Shown here: positions 52,942 through 63,882 of the stretch, piece after piece
Layout: each line of letters opens with the position of its first letter
Numbering within the stretch: the first letter of the stretch is position 1
Assembly: GCA_051362555.1 (NCBI GenBank)
Contig: CM120640.1
Span: 2,976,001 to 3,040,000, forward strand
Reading direction: 5' to 3'
DNA from: Lingula anatina
Taxonomy: Eukaryota; Animalia; Brachiopoda
Length of the DNA: 64,000 nucleotides
Position numbers and translations under genes: made by a program
The notes under the pieces: generated by a model
The model's database searches: none
What the model was told of the DNA's origin: nothing
Seen by the model: only the letters and a program-made list of their open reading frames with translations

Positions 52942-53372
52942 AGGGGCGGATCCAGGATTATTTGAAGGGGGGGGGGGCGACAGGCCTCGGATGCGAAGCC
53001 GACCATCCGATGAGGGGCGGATTGAGGCCGTCTTCTGGGTCTTCCGGAAGACGGTCAGTTTTTCAAGTTTACATTGACGGGTATTTACTTTTTTTGTCGG
53101 AAGACAGTCAAAAATTGAAGATGGATCAACAAAGATAATTTGGAAGACTGTCAGAAAATATCTCTATATCCGTCCCTGCAGATTCATCGCCCCCACGGTG
53201 TGGGGTTCGGTGTTTCGGAGAGCAAACAGTGCCCTTTGGTACGGTTTAGAACTATGATTTAGCTAGTTTTAAAAAATTCTAATTACACGAGTGGAATATT
53301 GGTGTGATATATTTTTCAGAAACCGAAGGGGGGTTCAGGACCCCCCTTATCCCCCCTCTAAATCCGCCATTG
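52942..53372 (+). mobile_element. MITE with AGGGGCGGATCCAGG left end, interrupted by a nested element
   Basis: Left end AGGGGCGGATCCAGGATT, G run, right end CCCCCCTCTAAATCCGCCATTG. The left end recurs inverted at about 54088-54138. Confidence 0.7.
53012..53178 (-). mobile_element. nested MITE, same family as 3123-3294
   Basis: Reverse complement aligns end to end with 3123-3294; flanks CCGAT/CAGAT (4 of 5 match, 5-bp TSD). Confidence 0.88.
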
Positions 53373-54087
53373 GCTTGGCACCCCCACCTTTAATAATTAC
53401 ATGTTTCATTTTTGTTAATGTTAATTGTGCCATTATAATATATTAGCCTTATTGCATAATTATTTTTTAAATTCCATTTCAAAACATCACGGTGACTCCC
53501 TTCGCCACATAAGTTTTCCTGTAATTATTAAACAGAGCAAAAAATGTCCCTATTTCTGTAGTATTATAAATAGTAACAACAGTAATAAACATAGGTCCGT
53601 TATCATAATTGGTCTATTTATTGCAGTTGGTTGGGTAGTCCGTTCATCCATTTGTTTGATTTAATATCAAATGTTTTATTACTTGTGGAATTAACGGCGG
53701 CTTATCGTACACAGACTGTTTCCCTTTGTTTGTCAACGTCTTGGATAGAGAAAGAGATTTATCTGAAAAATTTCCAACGTGTGTTGAGATACTTCATAGT
53801 ATATTCCCACTTCATGGGATAACCATTACTACTTCATGATAGAAGGCGACTTTATTGGTTAAAAAATTAGGACTCTCAGATTTTCAGGAAAATGGAATCA
53901 GCATAAATCATCTTTCTTTTTTCAGTTTCTTTAAGTTGTTTTTGACAAATCCCATTTCAACTCATCCTAGTTTTGCAAATGGTCGCTGTCAAAACACACG
54001 TCCTCAGCCACTATCTAAGCCACTTAAGCTGAAAGCAATTTTGCGAGAAACCCCGTGGGGCCCTACAGCCAAGGGGGGGAGGGGGGA

Positions 54088-54138
54088 GTCGGCTTCGCAT
54101 CCGCGGATCCCCCATCAAATAATCCTGGATCCGCCCCT
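54088..54138 (-). mobile_element. inverted copy of the 52942 MITE end
   Basis: Reverse complement AGGGGCGGATCCAGGATTATTTGATGGGGG..CGGATGCGAAGCCGAC matches 52942-53003. Confidence 0.75.
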
Positions 54139-55028
54139 ACGATGGGTCTATATAATGGCCCCTCTAATTCTTCACCTCCGCCGTGACAAACTAGACCAAG
54201 GATTAGAGTCAAGATTAGTCTAGTTACAGTTTTTGAACTGGTGGGCGTGGCCATATGGTGAAAATTCGAAATGTGCCTACGCAGGTCGACTTCTACCAGG
54301 TTCATGATTACGGATTTCTATCATACGTAATATCAACAGGCACTCAATTACAGGTATTTATTCCTTTGAAAATCTCTTGAGATATTATCATTCTTATCCA
54401 TTCCCGTCAGTGAGATTGTTACCTATATTCAAAATAGTATTTTAAGCCGAGTAATCCTATATTACAAGTTCCTCTTTACTTGGAGATAGTTTCCCTTCAC
54501 TTGCTGACAGTAAAGAGGTACCCACTACCGTGGTGCTAGGGCCTACTAGGTTATGTGGGTCATAGCTTGGTGAAAGTGATCCTACCAATGTATTTACAGG
54601 TCATTCTTTGGTGTATATCACGATTCATTAATGGCCGTTAGGCATAGGTACATGTAGAAGCATATTTAATACGATAAAGTAGATTAATTACCATTTTCTT
54701 TCATTTGAACACAACCTTTCAAACAGTGTTTGTAAAGTTACAGGGAGCCGTGGCCAATATTGCTGATCTGCAGCTCCATTCTCCACACCTCACAGTGTGT
54801 GTTACGATATGCTCAACGGCACCATAAAGAGGACTAGCAATTCTTATTTTTATCATTCCTTGACATTTCATTTTAAAAACAGTTGTATACGCCACAGAAG
54901 GCAACTGTCATCAAACCCACGTGGGTACATGTATCAGGAGCATGACATTGTGTAAGTTACTATCTCTGCGGAAATACCACAGATGTGCAGACCAAAAATC
55001 TTCACTGGATTACCGCCCACTATCCTCT

Positions 55029-55045
55029 CCAATATTATTTAAAAG
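55029..55045 (+). promoter_or_regulatory. TATA-like box of the Kazal gene
   Basis: CCAAT..TATTTAAAAG about 55 nt upstream of ATG 55093. Confidence 0.5.
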
Positions 55046-55092
55046 AAGCAGCGGCCTTGCTGTTGGCACTGCTCACAAATATCACTGTGACA

Positions 55093-55129
55093 ATGTTCAA
55101 ACTTGTTGTGGCTTGCGCTCTTTTGGCTG
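55093..55129 (+). CDS. secreted Kazal-domain protein, exon 1 (signal peptide)
   Basis: MFKLVVACALLA plus G|gtaaga donor. Joins 55647 in phase to give MFKLVVACALLAVALA/QFRP. Join 55093-55129,55647-55890,56254-56395 = 423 nt, 140 aa. Confidence 0.85.
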
Positions 55130-55362
55130 GTAAGACTTCCATATTAATACGTGTTAATATATCAGTGTTATTATCATTGATTAATGTTCTGACGTAGTAG
55201 TATTTAAGCGACGAGATAGAAAAATGCCTAACGTGTATGTGTCGGTAAAAAATAGTAAATTAAATAAGCGTAGTTAATATGGATAAGGAACCTAGATATG
55301 ATTGGTTATATTATTGTTTCACGTGAAAACATTTCCACGACTGTTAGTATGCCTACAGAAGA

Positions 55363-55371
55363 GTGTGTGTA

Positions 55372-55407
<36 letters not shown>
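55363..55407. repeat. (GT)n microsatellite
   Basis: Directly visible. Confidence 0.9.
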
Positions 55408-55646
55408 ATTTTTTGTGTGAAGACACAAAGCGTTTTTTTTTTTTCGAATAAGTAATAAACGTACGGTACCTGATTAAAGTATGATCGATCATCTTTTGGC
55501 GTTATTTCACAACAGTGCACAGAGATGAGTTTTCTTTAATTTGTTACATCAGTCATCGAATGACATGAGGCTTAAAGGTCCTATTGCTTGGTATTTTAAT
55601 ACCGATTTCAACCAATAATACAGCGTATCTTTACTCGTGTCGATAG

Positions 55647-55890
55647 TGGCATTGGCCCAGTTCCGCCCCCGTCCTTTTGGACCGCGTCCAACTGGTGACG
55701 GGCCACACCCACCCCACCCACCACACCCACATCCCACTGGAGACGGGCCAGACCCCTCTGTCATGCCTCACGGAGGTGAGGGACACACCCACCCCCCACT
55801 GGACTGCGAGAGGATCCTCGCCGAGGACTGCAGCAAAATGCAACACAACAGACCAGTGTGCGGGTCTGACGACGTCACTTACGACGGCAT
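55647..55890 (+). CDS. secreted Kazal-domain protein, exon 2 (Pro/His-rich arm plus Kazal C1-C3)
   Basis: Acceptor cgatag at 55646, donor AT|gtaagt. ALAQFRPRPFGPRPTGDGPHPPHPPHPHPTGDGP...DCERILAEDCSKMQHNRPVCGSDDVTYDG contains the Kazal PVCGSD..TY motif. Confidence 0.92.
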
Positions 55891-56253
55891 GTAAGTCAGC
55901 GGACTTTTACAGACAATCTATTCATATACACGCTAGTTATATTTATAAAATGACCGTAGGACTTTATGTCCAGTGGTAAAAAAATCAAAGGGTGAGAGAT
56001 AAATTGATAGAAAAATGAAAAGAGAGGAGTCGCAAATTATAGGTGTATTGATTAACGCCCAATACTTACGAGACTCGCTTTAAGCCAATACAGAAAGTGA
56101 TTTGGAAATTCGTAAAATATTAAGAGAGTTCCTTTTCAATGGGAAGCTTTTTAAACTGTAAAATTGGTATAATTCCCTTGCGAACCAATCAACAATCACC
56201 CAGTTATTTCTGATTGTACCTGGTATTCAAAATGGCTGTATTAATTGTTACAG

Positions 56254-56395
56254 GTGCTCTTTCGGACAAGCCAAGTGCAAGAATGAGGATCTGACCGTGC
56301 AGTGGTTCGCTTCCTGCGAGGGTGGAATGCCAACCAGAGGACCCCATGGTCCCTTTGGTCCCCATGGTCATCATGGACAGCCATTCGGATACTAA
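56254..56395 (+). CDS. secreted Kazal-domain protein, exon 3 (Kazal C4-C6 plus Gly/Pro/His tail)
   Basis: ttgttacag acceptor; (M)CSFGQAKCKNEDLTVQWFASCEGGMPTRGPHGPFGPHGHHGQPFGY then TAA. Completes six cysteines. This frame is absent from the ORF track. Confidence 0.9.
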
Positions 56396-56442
56396 CCTGG
56401 TTCATATTTTACTCGCAGCACGACAAGTTGTATAGAAAGTAC

Positions 56443-56448
56443 AATAAA
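56443..56448 (+). terminator. polyadenylation signal of the Kazal gene
   Basis: AATAAA about 48 nt after the stop, followed by GU/U-rich sequence. Confidence 0.7.
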
Positions 56449-56513
56449 TATCAATTCTGGTCTGTAAGACTACTCACGTTTTTCATATGTTGTGTTCATG
56501 AGGTTGTCCAAGA

Positions 56514-56562
56514 CACACGCACACACACACACCTCGTTCTCTCTCTCTCTCTCCCCCTCTCT

Positions 56563-56610
<48 letters not shown>
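56514..56610. repeat. (CA)n/(CT)n microsatellite
   Basis: Directly visible. Confidence 0.9.
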
Positions 56611-56614
<4 letters not shown>

Positions 56615-56962
56615 CACACATATACATATACATACACAAATACACACACGTTTCAAATCTTAAAAACACTGCGACTTTTGAGGTAGGACGTACGGAACAA
56701 ATTCACCCGATTCCTTCAAATCCTACAGTATCTTATATTGAAAATTAAAGTCTTTTATGTACCAATTGACATAACTACATTGCAAATATGAAACCGCCAG
56801 GCAAACTGAAGTTTTCTATCTTTTGTTGCTCCTACCTCTGTAATGCAATCGCTATCAAAAATGCGGTAGTGCTGTACAGGATTAAGAATGTGGTAGCTGT
56901 GCAAGGTTGAGACTCGCGATGCTTTTATCATCAACCGCAGGAATGAGCTATATACAGTACAT

Positions 56963-56992
56963 ATACATACATACATACATACATACATACAT
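56963..56992. repeat. (CATA)n microsatellite
   Basis: Directly visible. Confidence 0.85.
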
Positions 56993-59900
56993 AGATGTAT
57001 GTATATCCCACTGACCTCACCAAGTACTACTTAGACCCAATTATATGTGCACAGATGCCTGTCACCATAGACTCGGTCGAGGCAGGCGCGGCAGGCTAGG
57101 CAGTTGTAGTGCCTGTCATTACCCCAGAGCTCACTGATTCCACTGGCTCACGGCAGTGGTCCTCGGGATAACTTGCTCGGAAGAACCCACGTCTTCAATT
57201 TTCAGCATCTATCAAAAGCTACCCTCTGATATCACAGGGGCCTCTTGAATTTTTTACAAAAAAATGAAGAAAAATAATTTTATAACAGTATTCTAACAGA
57301 CCCTGCGGTCAGAGAGTTACCAAAACGCACGCTTAGGTCAAACGTTTAATGTCTACAAGTTAACCTCTGCCTGGGGAAATTGCCTGGGGATGTTAGTAGC
57401 ATAATACTAGTAATTTGATGCACGTACATGTAGCCAAATCCACGAAGACCGGTAACTTCTAGTACATGTATGAAAAGTGCTGCATATGACAAACATCCAG
57501 CACGTTCATTTCCACAGCGAAGGAGTTGTTCTACTTCGTACTGTCTTGTGTCATTCTTTGCTGTGCCTTCTATAGACAAAAGAGCGCAACTAATTGCGTA
57601 TTATTTTAACTGTCAGCAATCACATTCCATTATAATATCGTATGCTCATAAAGTTATGCTTGTATTTTTATGAGTGATAAGAAAGCGTAAAATGTTAAAA
57701 GCTAACAGGTTTTAGTCACACTTATTTTTATAACCTTGTTTTACATTTTACAGGGACGTATCAAACATACATGATTTTTTTAGATGTCAACAGTGGCTCA
57801 TATAATCAATACGTGTTTAGTTATAACATACCTGTGTACAAAACATGCATGTTGTAACATAACTAGCAAACGCATATTCATGTATTCATTGTGTCTGAAC
57901 TATTGACATTTCCCTGTAAACATGAAGATGGTTTCAGAAGTACATGTAATTAGGTGTCACAGAGATAACACTGGGCCAGGGTTATGTTAATTTGCACATG
58001 ATTAAGCAGGCACATATTTGCTCTAAATTGGTTCATGTTTTCTCAATTAAAATTAAAACCGCTATTCTTCACGCACGAAGTCACGCTAGCAGTTGAAAAC
58101 GAGCTTTTGGAACTAAAGATAACTTCTGAGTCACATCATTTTCATAATAAGATGCCTAACTGACGCAAAATCGGGCAGCTAAGATAAGCTCCCGGTCACC
58201 TTATGTCACGCTATAAGTTGGGGTCACTTCTTATGTCGTGTTACATGACACAAAGATCCTGGCTTAAAAATGATTTTTTACTTTCTACCTTTAAATCACT
58301 GAGCACTTGAAATAAATCGAACTGGAAGTAGAAAACTGTGCTGTGGTCATAATGCATCAAATTATTTTACTGGGGCTAGGGTTGCGCAAAATATATAGGG
58401 CATATTCACGTGACAAATAGCAGTATAAGTTCCCCATTTCTGATAAGCCATAATGTGCCATAGTGACTGCAGGGAGGCCGACTGTATGGAGGCATCGCAT
58501 GCTTTCATGCGTGCACGTGCATATCTACCTCAATGATTCAGTCTGCTGGTTTGGGGACGCTGTAATCACTGTTATTATTATCATACACTGAGTTAAATGC
58601 GAAACTATTCATTGGTGTCGGATAATTTTATTTCTTCCGTATTCATGCAGACAGGGCTGGTTTGGGACTTTGTACCGTTAATAACGAAACAAATAATGAA
58701 ATGATACTTTTATTCCTCAAGCAAGTGATGTATGCGTCCTGAATTAGTTGACATTAAAACTAGGCAGCAAAGTTTACAAATATACGTTGATGACCCGGAC
58801 AGACGTAGGGATCAGAATATGTACAAACAATACATATACAGTGTCTGAATAGTAATGTGAAGTGAATCTTTTTAAAAAATATCTGGAACTGTCCTGCAGC
58901 AAAATGACAATAACTTCCATAAAAAGTATGAAAGCTATGTCACGGATAATACTGACACTAAATGAAATGGAACGGATAATATCGCGCAGTTTTAGATAAA
59001 GTTTAACGAAACGCGTGAAAAAATAATGAGCTATCGGTACGCTGCCCCTGTGATAGGGGCCAAGAAAGAAAGCGTTTTTTTGGGACTTAACCTCAGCTGT
59101 TGACTGTGTCTCTGTCCTGTCCCTTCTTTTACCTAACTTTGAGATGGCAGCTAACGCATTTGTCAGGTCAGATTTCTTCGTTGAAACACCTCTTCTATTT
59201 ATTCAAAAATGTTTCTTTTGAGGTAAATTTAAGCATTATCTTCGCCACTGGCAGTTTTTGTGTGCTCTCCATTTCGATCTTTCGTGTCCATCTCAATGGA
59301 TTTTTTACAGGTAATGAATTAATTCAAAATGTAATAAGCATTTCGCAAAATGCTAATCAATTATAAAAATCGCTACATATTGATACAAAAACTTAGCTCT
59401 CATTTTCACAAGTTTTTTTTTTTTTTTTTTTTTTTTTTGAAAAATATCGATGATTTTCGGTAAAGACTGAAACACAGGCGCATTATTGCATTACGAACTA
59501 TTTGTTAATTACACCGTCACTGCGTGCTACGTCTTGGTGATTACCATACGTGCATCCACCACGTTACATCAACGCTTGCAGAGTCATACAGCTTTGCGTG
59601 GTTATCTACTGCATCCTATCTCAGTACATATCAAAACGAATTATTTAAATCCACCTCTTGGTTTGCAAGTCAAAACCACTATCATTATGGCGTTTAACAA
59701 GCGAAAAATTAATTCCATCATTTTGAGATGAGTTCAGCCACAAATAGGGCCAACTTTCCCACTTAGGCTGCATGCCATGTGCTGTTAACTAATTGGGTCC
59801 TTAGCATCCTTTTGTCTGTTTGTGTCATTTTCTTTGTCTTATAAAGACGCACTTATTTTTTTAACTCTGTCATTAGCAATGATAATATTGGGCTGTTGGG

Positions 59901-61363
59901 TCAAAAGTATCCTTTTATATTTTTGAATTGTGCCGACTTTCTTGTGAAGACATACTTATTATCACTATAATTAGAGTATATCTTTATTAGCAGCTGTAAC
60001 CACGCATACATTAAGTTATAGTAGTGGCCGATAATGGAACGAGCTATTTACAAATCATCGACGTTGGTTTTCCTTGTTTCTCGAACCATCTCTATTCACT
60101 TCCTTCTCTAGTTTGTCCCCAACTTGGAAGGTCACGACGTTTGTGTATTACATGGATAAAGAGTTCAGAAAAGACAAAACACTTGTGTGGTTGGTTTAAT
60201 AAAATGTATTACAGTTTATGAAATGCCTAACAGTAATCAGAAAAACATTTTACTACAGTCAATTAATATAATTTTTGTCAAGTTCACGATGGTGATATGC
60301 CTTGAAATAATTTGAGAACCGTAAGGACATGCACGTTCTATTTTCCCACCATCCTCAAACACCCTCGAAATATCTATCTAAATATATGTAGTCACTGGAT
60401 ATATGCAAACATCTCTCATTGGTTATAAGAGAATTGTGGTCATTTTATGGCAATTTCAATTATTTCTCCAATTAGCAGTGTGCAACAACTACAAGCGTGT
60501 ATTTCATAACGAACAATGAAATTTCCCAATGACTACCTTGAAATTCTCTGTATTTTATAGATGGTTGTATTACCTTGCAAGTAATATCAAAATGTATTTC
60601 ATTACAGGTAAATAAGTTTTAAAATCTGTCATAATGATGTGCGATTAACTATGGAGAAACCTCAACGCTACTGTATACCAAATGCAAGTTCACTGTTAAT
60701 AATGTCACGTTTCTGAATATCACATTATTTAATCGAAATCTAAATATTAGCGCCTAAATTTAGGTTTAAGTTTTCAGTGCCGTTAGTCTTTCCGTATAGG
60801 CACATCGGTCTTTTTTTTTTTTTTTTTTTTGCTAAGTACCGATTACGTTATCGTATTTTCCCCGTATCCCCCAGTGTCAACCTAGCCATCTCCATGACTT
60901 TTTACACCATTTTACACTGCATAGCTAAAAAAATTAGCATGTTCAATCCATATATTCCACCCATATATTACTAATTCATATTGAAACTCACTTGAATTAT
61001 GTTTTAATCTTTGCTATTTAAAAGACAAACATTAAAACAGGAGGGTTTTACTTTCATTTAATATGCCATGGTTGAGAAAGCTTGCAATGGGCATTTTCCT
61101 TGAAATTGGGCCAAATATGTGAACGTATCCTTACATATCCACTTTCATGATTAATGAAATATTGTTTCTGTTTACATTAAGCATTGTGACATCTATGAAT
61201 GCAAATGAAGATAAACTGAAAGTTAAAAATTCAAATTAATGATAATGAAAGTTGATGCATACGCGGAACTAATCCCCTATAATTTGCCGCTATCCCTCCG
61301 CGTCGTGACCTGTGAGAAGGCCGCGTCTGTCGCTTGCCGTGATCACAATCAAAGAAGGAAATG

Positions 61364-61370
61364 TATAAAG
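61364..61370 (+). promoter_or_regulatory. TATA box of the Gly/Gln/Tyr-rich protein gene
   Basis: TATAAAG about 130 nt upstream of ATG 61493, downstream of a CpG-rich patch. Confidence 0.55.
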
Positions 61371-61492
61371 TATGCAGGAGGGAGGAGCTTAGGGTCCATG
61401 GGTATTTAGAGTCGAAGATAGCCAGACGACAAGTACTTTCAGTGAGGAGCTCCGGGTGCGTACACCAGCAATAGAGAGGGGCAGTCGACGGC

Positions 61493-61501
61493 ATGTGGAA
61501 G
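61493..61501 (+). CDS. secreted Gly/Gln/Tyr/Pro-rich repeat proprotein, exon 1 (MWK)
   Basis: GGCATG context, ATG TGG AAG|gtaggc phase-0 donor. Supplies the Met and basic n-region missing from the signal peptide in the next exon. Confidence 0.7.
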
Positions 61502-61992
61502 GTAGGCAAACGTTTTCCTTCTTTGGAAAAGATCAGGTTTCTTCCTCGTTTTTAGAGCATTAATCTTCTATTAGTCTGTTTATATTTGCTTCTGACACAT
61601 CAACGAAGTTTTGCTAACTCGGTTCGGCCCAGGTGGCGGTTTTTTGCTAGCGTTCCGTTATTTCTACTACAGTGTATTTTACAACTATAGGCCTACCGTA
61701 TTCAGACATTTTTTGACAAAAATAGTAATATAAAGAGGTAAGTAAGAAAAAGTCTCAAATGCTGCGGAAAAATAAGGCCTAAAGCTAAAATTGGAAACCT
61801 GTTCAATTTAAATGTGACTTAAATAAAATTGATAAAGTAGAAGATGAGAAAACCGATTGAAACTATAGCTTATTAACTTAAAATGCATAATTTCCGTAAT
61901 TGTTGTGTCAAACCATTATTTGCATTAAAAAACTATTTCGTGGGTTCAAACATTTGACCACTCAGTCTTAACAGCAGTCGTCCTTATTCCAG

Positions 61993-62277
61993 CTATTTTG
62001 TTCTGCGCTGCTTGCCAGCGTTCTGGTGAGCTCTCAGGGTGCGTCTGTTGCCGAGGAACACAGCGTGCACAAACGCCAAGTACCGATGCAGTATGGAGCC
62101 AATACCTTAGGAGGCTCCTTCAACTTTGGTCCAAATATCGGCGTGGCCACCCCCGACCAGACCCCAGCCAAAGATACGATCGTTGTCAGTGACGTAGGCA
62201 AGGCCAGTATTACTCGCACTGACGGGCCTAACTATACCCCATCTGGACCTAACAACTACAACGCCAAGGTCTGGCAG
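61993..62277 (+). CDS. secreted Gly/Gln/Tyr/Pro-rich repeat proprotein, exon 2
   Basis: tccttattccag acceptor, CAG|gtaaga donor. LFCSALLASVLVSSQGA (signal), SVAEEHSVHKR (propeptide), QVPMQYGANTLGG...NYNAKVWQ. Confidence 0.9.
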
Positions 62278-62477
62278 GTAAGAGAATCATGGATGTTTTC
62301 TTGCTGAGAACAGTAGACAATTACCAATAAAGATTGTGATCTTTAAAGAATCTTGTTTAGGATAAATGTGTATGGGATTAGAGATAATGAAATACTAGCC
62401 ACGAGGTTTAAGGCTTGACAGTGTTATAAACATACTTTTGTATCTACCTTCAAAGTTTGGTTTTTATTTCGTTACAG

Positions 62478-63738
62478 CTAGGCAACCAGGAGGTCACTTA
62501 CGTCGGAAACGTAGTCATCATTGACTGGAGGGTGTTTAGCGAACGTAAGGCTCCAGCTGCTTCTAGAACACCCGTTTACGGCTCTTCAGGACCTACGTAC
62601 GGCACCTCAGGACCTACGTACGGCTCCTCAGGACCTACATACGGCTCCTCGGGATCTACGTTCGGCCCCTCGGGACCTGCGTTCGGCACTGTGCCTCAGT
62701 ATGGAGATACCAACCTTGGCCAACCAGGCTCAACTAACACAGGCCCAGCTTACGGCCAGGCTACTGGTCAGGATCCAACTTACGGCACAGTAGGACAGGA
62801 CACAGGATTGCCAGGGTTCAACGCAGGGCTGCAAGATCCAGGATTCAACGCAGGATTACCAGGACAGGGATTCCCATCCGGTTTACCAACCTACAACAAC
62901 GAAGATCCCTTTTCCGACCCATTCTTTCAAGATGTTCCTGGTTTTTATAATGCTGGGCAAGACGCTGGGCAAGACGGCAGCAACAGTGCAAACCAAGCCC
63001 CGCCACAAAACGGAGGAACTTACCAAGGCGCACCTGCTCCAGGTTCTTACCAAAATGGCGTTTTTCTAGGTCCAACACAGAATGGAGGCTACCAAGATCA
63101 GGGGGCTTACCAAGGCTTACCCAATCAAGGCGGCTACCAAGATCAGGGGGCTTACCAAGGCTTACCCAATCAAGGCGGTGCTTACCAAGGCGCACCTGCC
63201 CAAGGCTCATACCAAAATGGCGTTTTTCTAGGCCCAACACAGAATGGAGGCTACCAAGATCAGGGGGCTTACCAAGGCTTACCCAATCAAGGCGGCGTTT
63301 ACCAAGGCGCACCTGCTCAGGGCGGCTCAAACCAAGGTGCCGTATATCAAGACCCAACACAGACCGGAGGCTACCAAGACCAAGGTGCTTACCAAGGCCT
63401 TCCAAATCAAGGCGGCCTTTACCAAGGCCTACCTTCACAGGGCGCCTCTTTTAACCTCCCCCCTCAAACTGGTGTTTATTCAGGTGCTCCCGCGGGCAAT
63501 GTCCAGTACGGACCTACGTCTGCTCAGGGACCACTCAACAACCAGTACGGCAACGCCTTGAACCAGTACGGCAAGAAGAAGAGAAGGAGGAGGTCTCTGA
63601 GAAAAAAGAGACAGACCTACGCGCCATCTTACGGTACTGGCCCTCTGTACGGCCAAGGAGCCAATTCCGGAGTTGTCACCGGCCTTCCTCTGTACGGCCA
63701 AAGCCCCGCATACGGCTCAACCTACGGTTCATACAATG
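62478..63738 (+). CDS. secreted Gly/Gln/Tyr/Pro-rich repeat proprotein, exon 3 (gene continues beyond window)
   Basis: tttttatttcgttacag acceptor, G|gtaaat donor at 63739. 420 open codons with YGSSGPT and YQDQGAYQGLPNQGG repeats and GKKKRRRRSLRKKR. The IYIY tail in the ORF track is intronic microsatellite. Confidence 0.92.
62577..62687 (+). repeat. coding 21-bp tandem repeat (heptad YGSSGPT, about 5 copies)
   Basis: TACGGC.C.TCAGGACCTACG units. Confidence 0.9.
63021..63442 (+). repeat. coding higher-order repeat (about 39-aa unit containing a 15-aa subunit)
   Basis: YQGAPAxGSYQNGVFLGPTQNGGYQDQGAYQGLPNQGG twice plus one variant; YQDQGAYQGLPNQGG four times; copies are near-identical at DNA level. 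Confidence 0.92.
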
Positions 63739-63803
63739 GTAAATATTTTAACCAAACAAAAATTCTGTCATTGGTTTTAATACTAAAACGTGGAGATTTT
63801 AGT

Positions 63804-63806
<3 letters not shown>

Positions 63807-63880
<74 letters not shown>
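63807..63880. repeat. (AT)n microsatellite, intronic
   Basis: Directly visible. Confidence 0.95.

Positions 63881-63882
<2 letters not shown>

Noticed and set aside
55624-55646. Acceptor at 55623 (tacag) for Kazal exon 2
   Set aside because: Out of phase with exon 1 and gives a stop; the acceptor at 55646 gives a clean signal peptide.
56993-57200. Minus-strand SINE ending in a (TATG)n tail
   Set aside because: Plausible, but no tRNA-like head or second copy identified.
62577-62687. Heptads as RNA polymerase II CTD homologue
   Set aside because: YGSSGPT only superficially resembles YSPTSPS, and the protein has a signal peptide.
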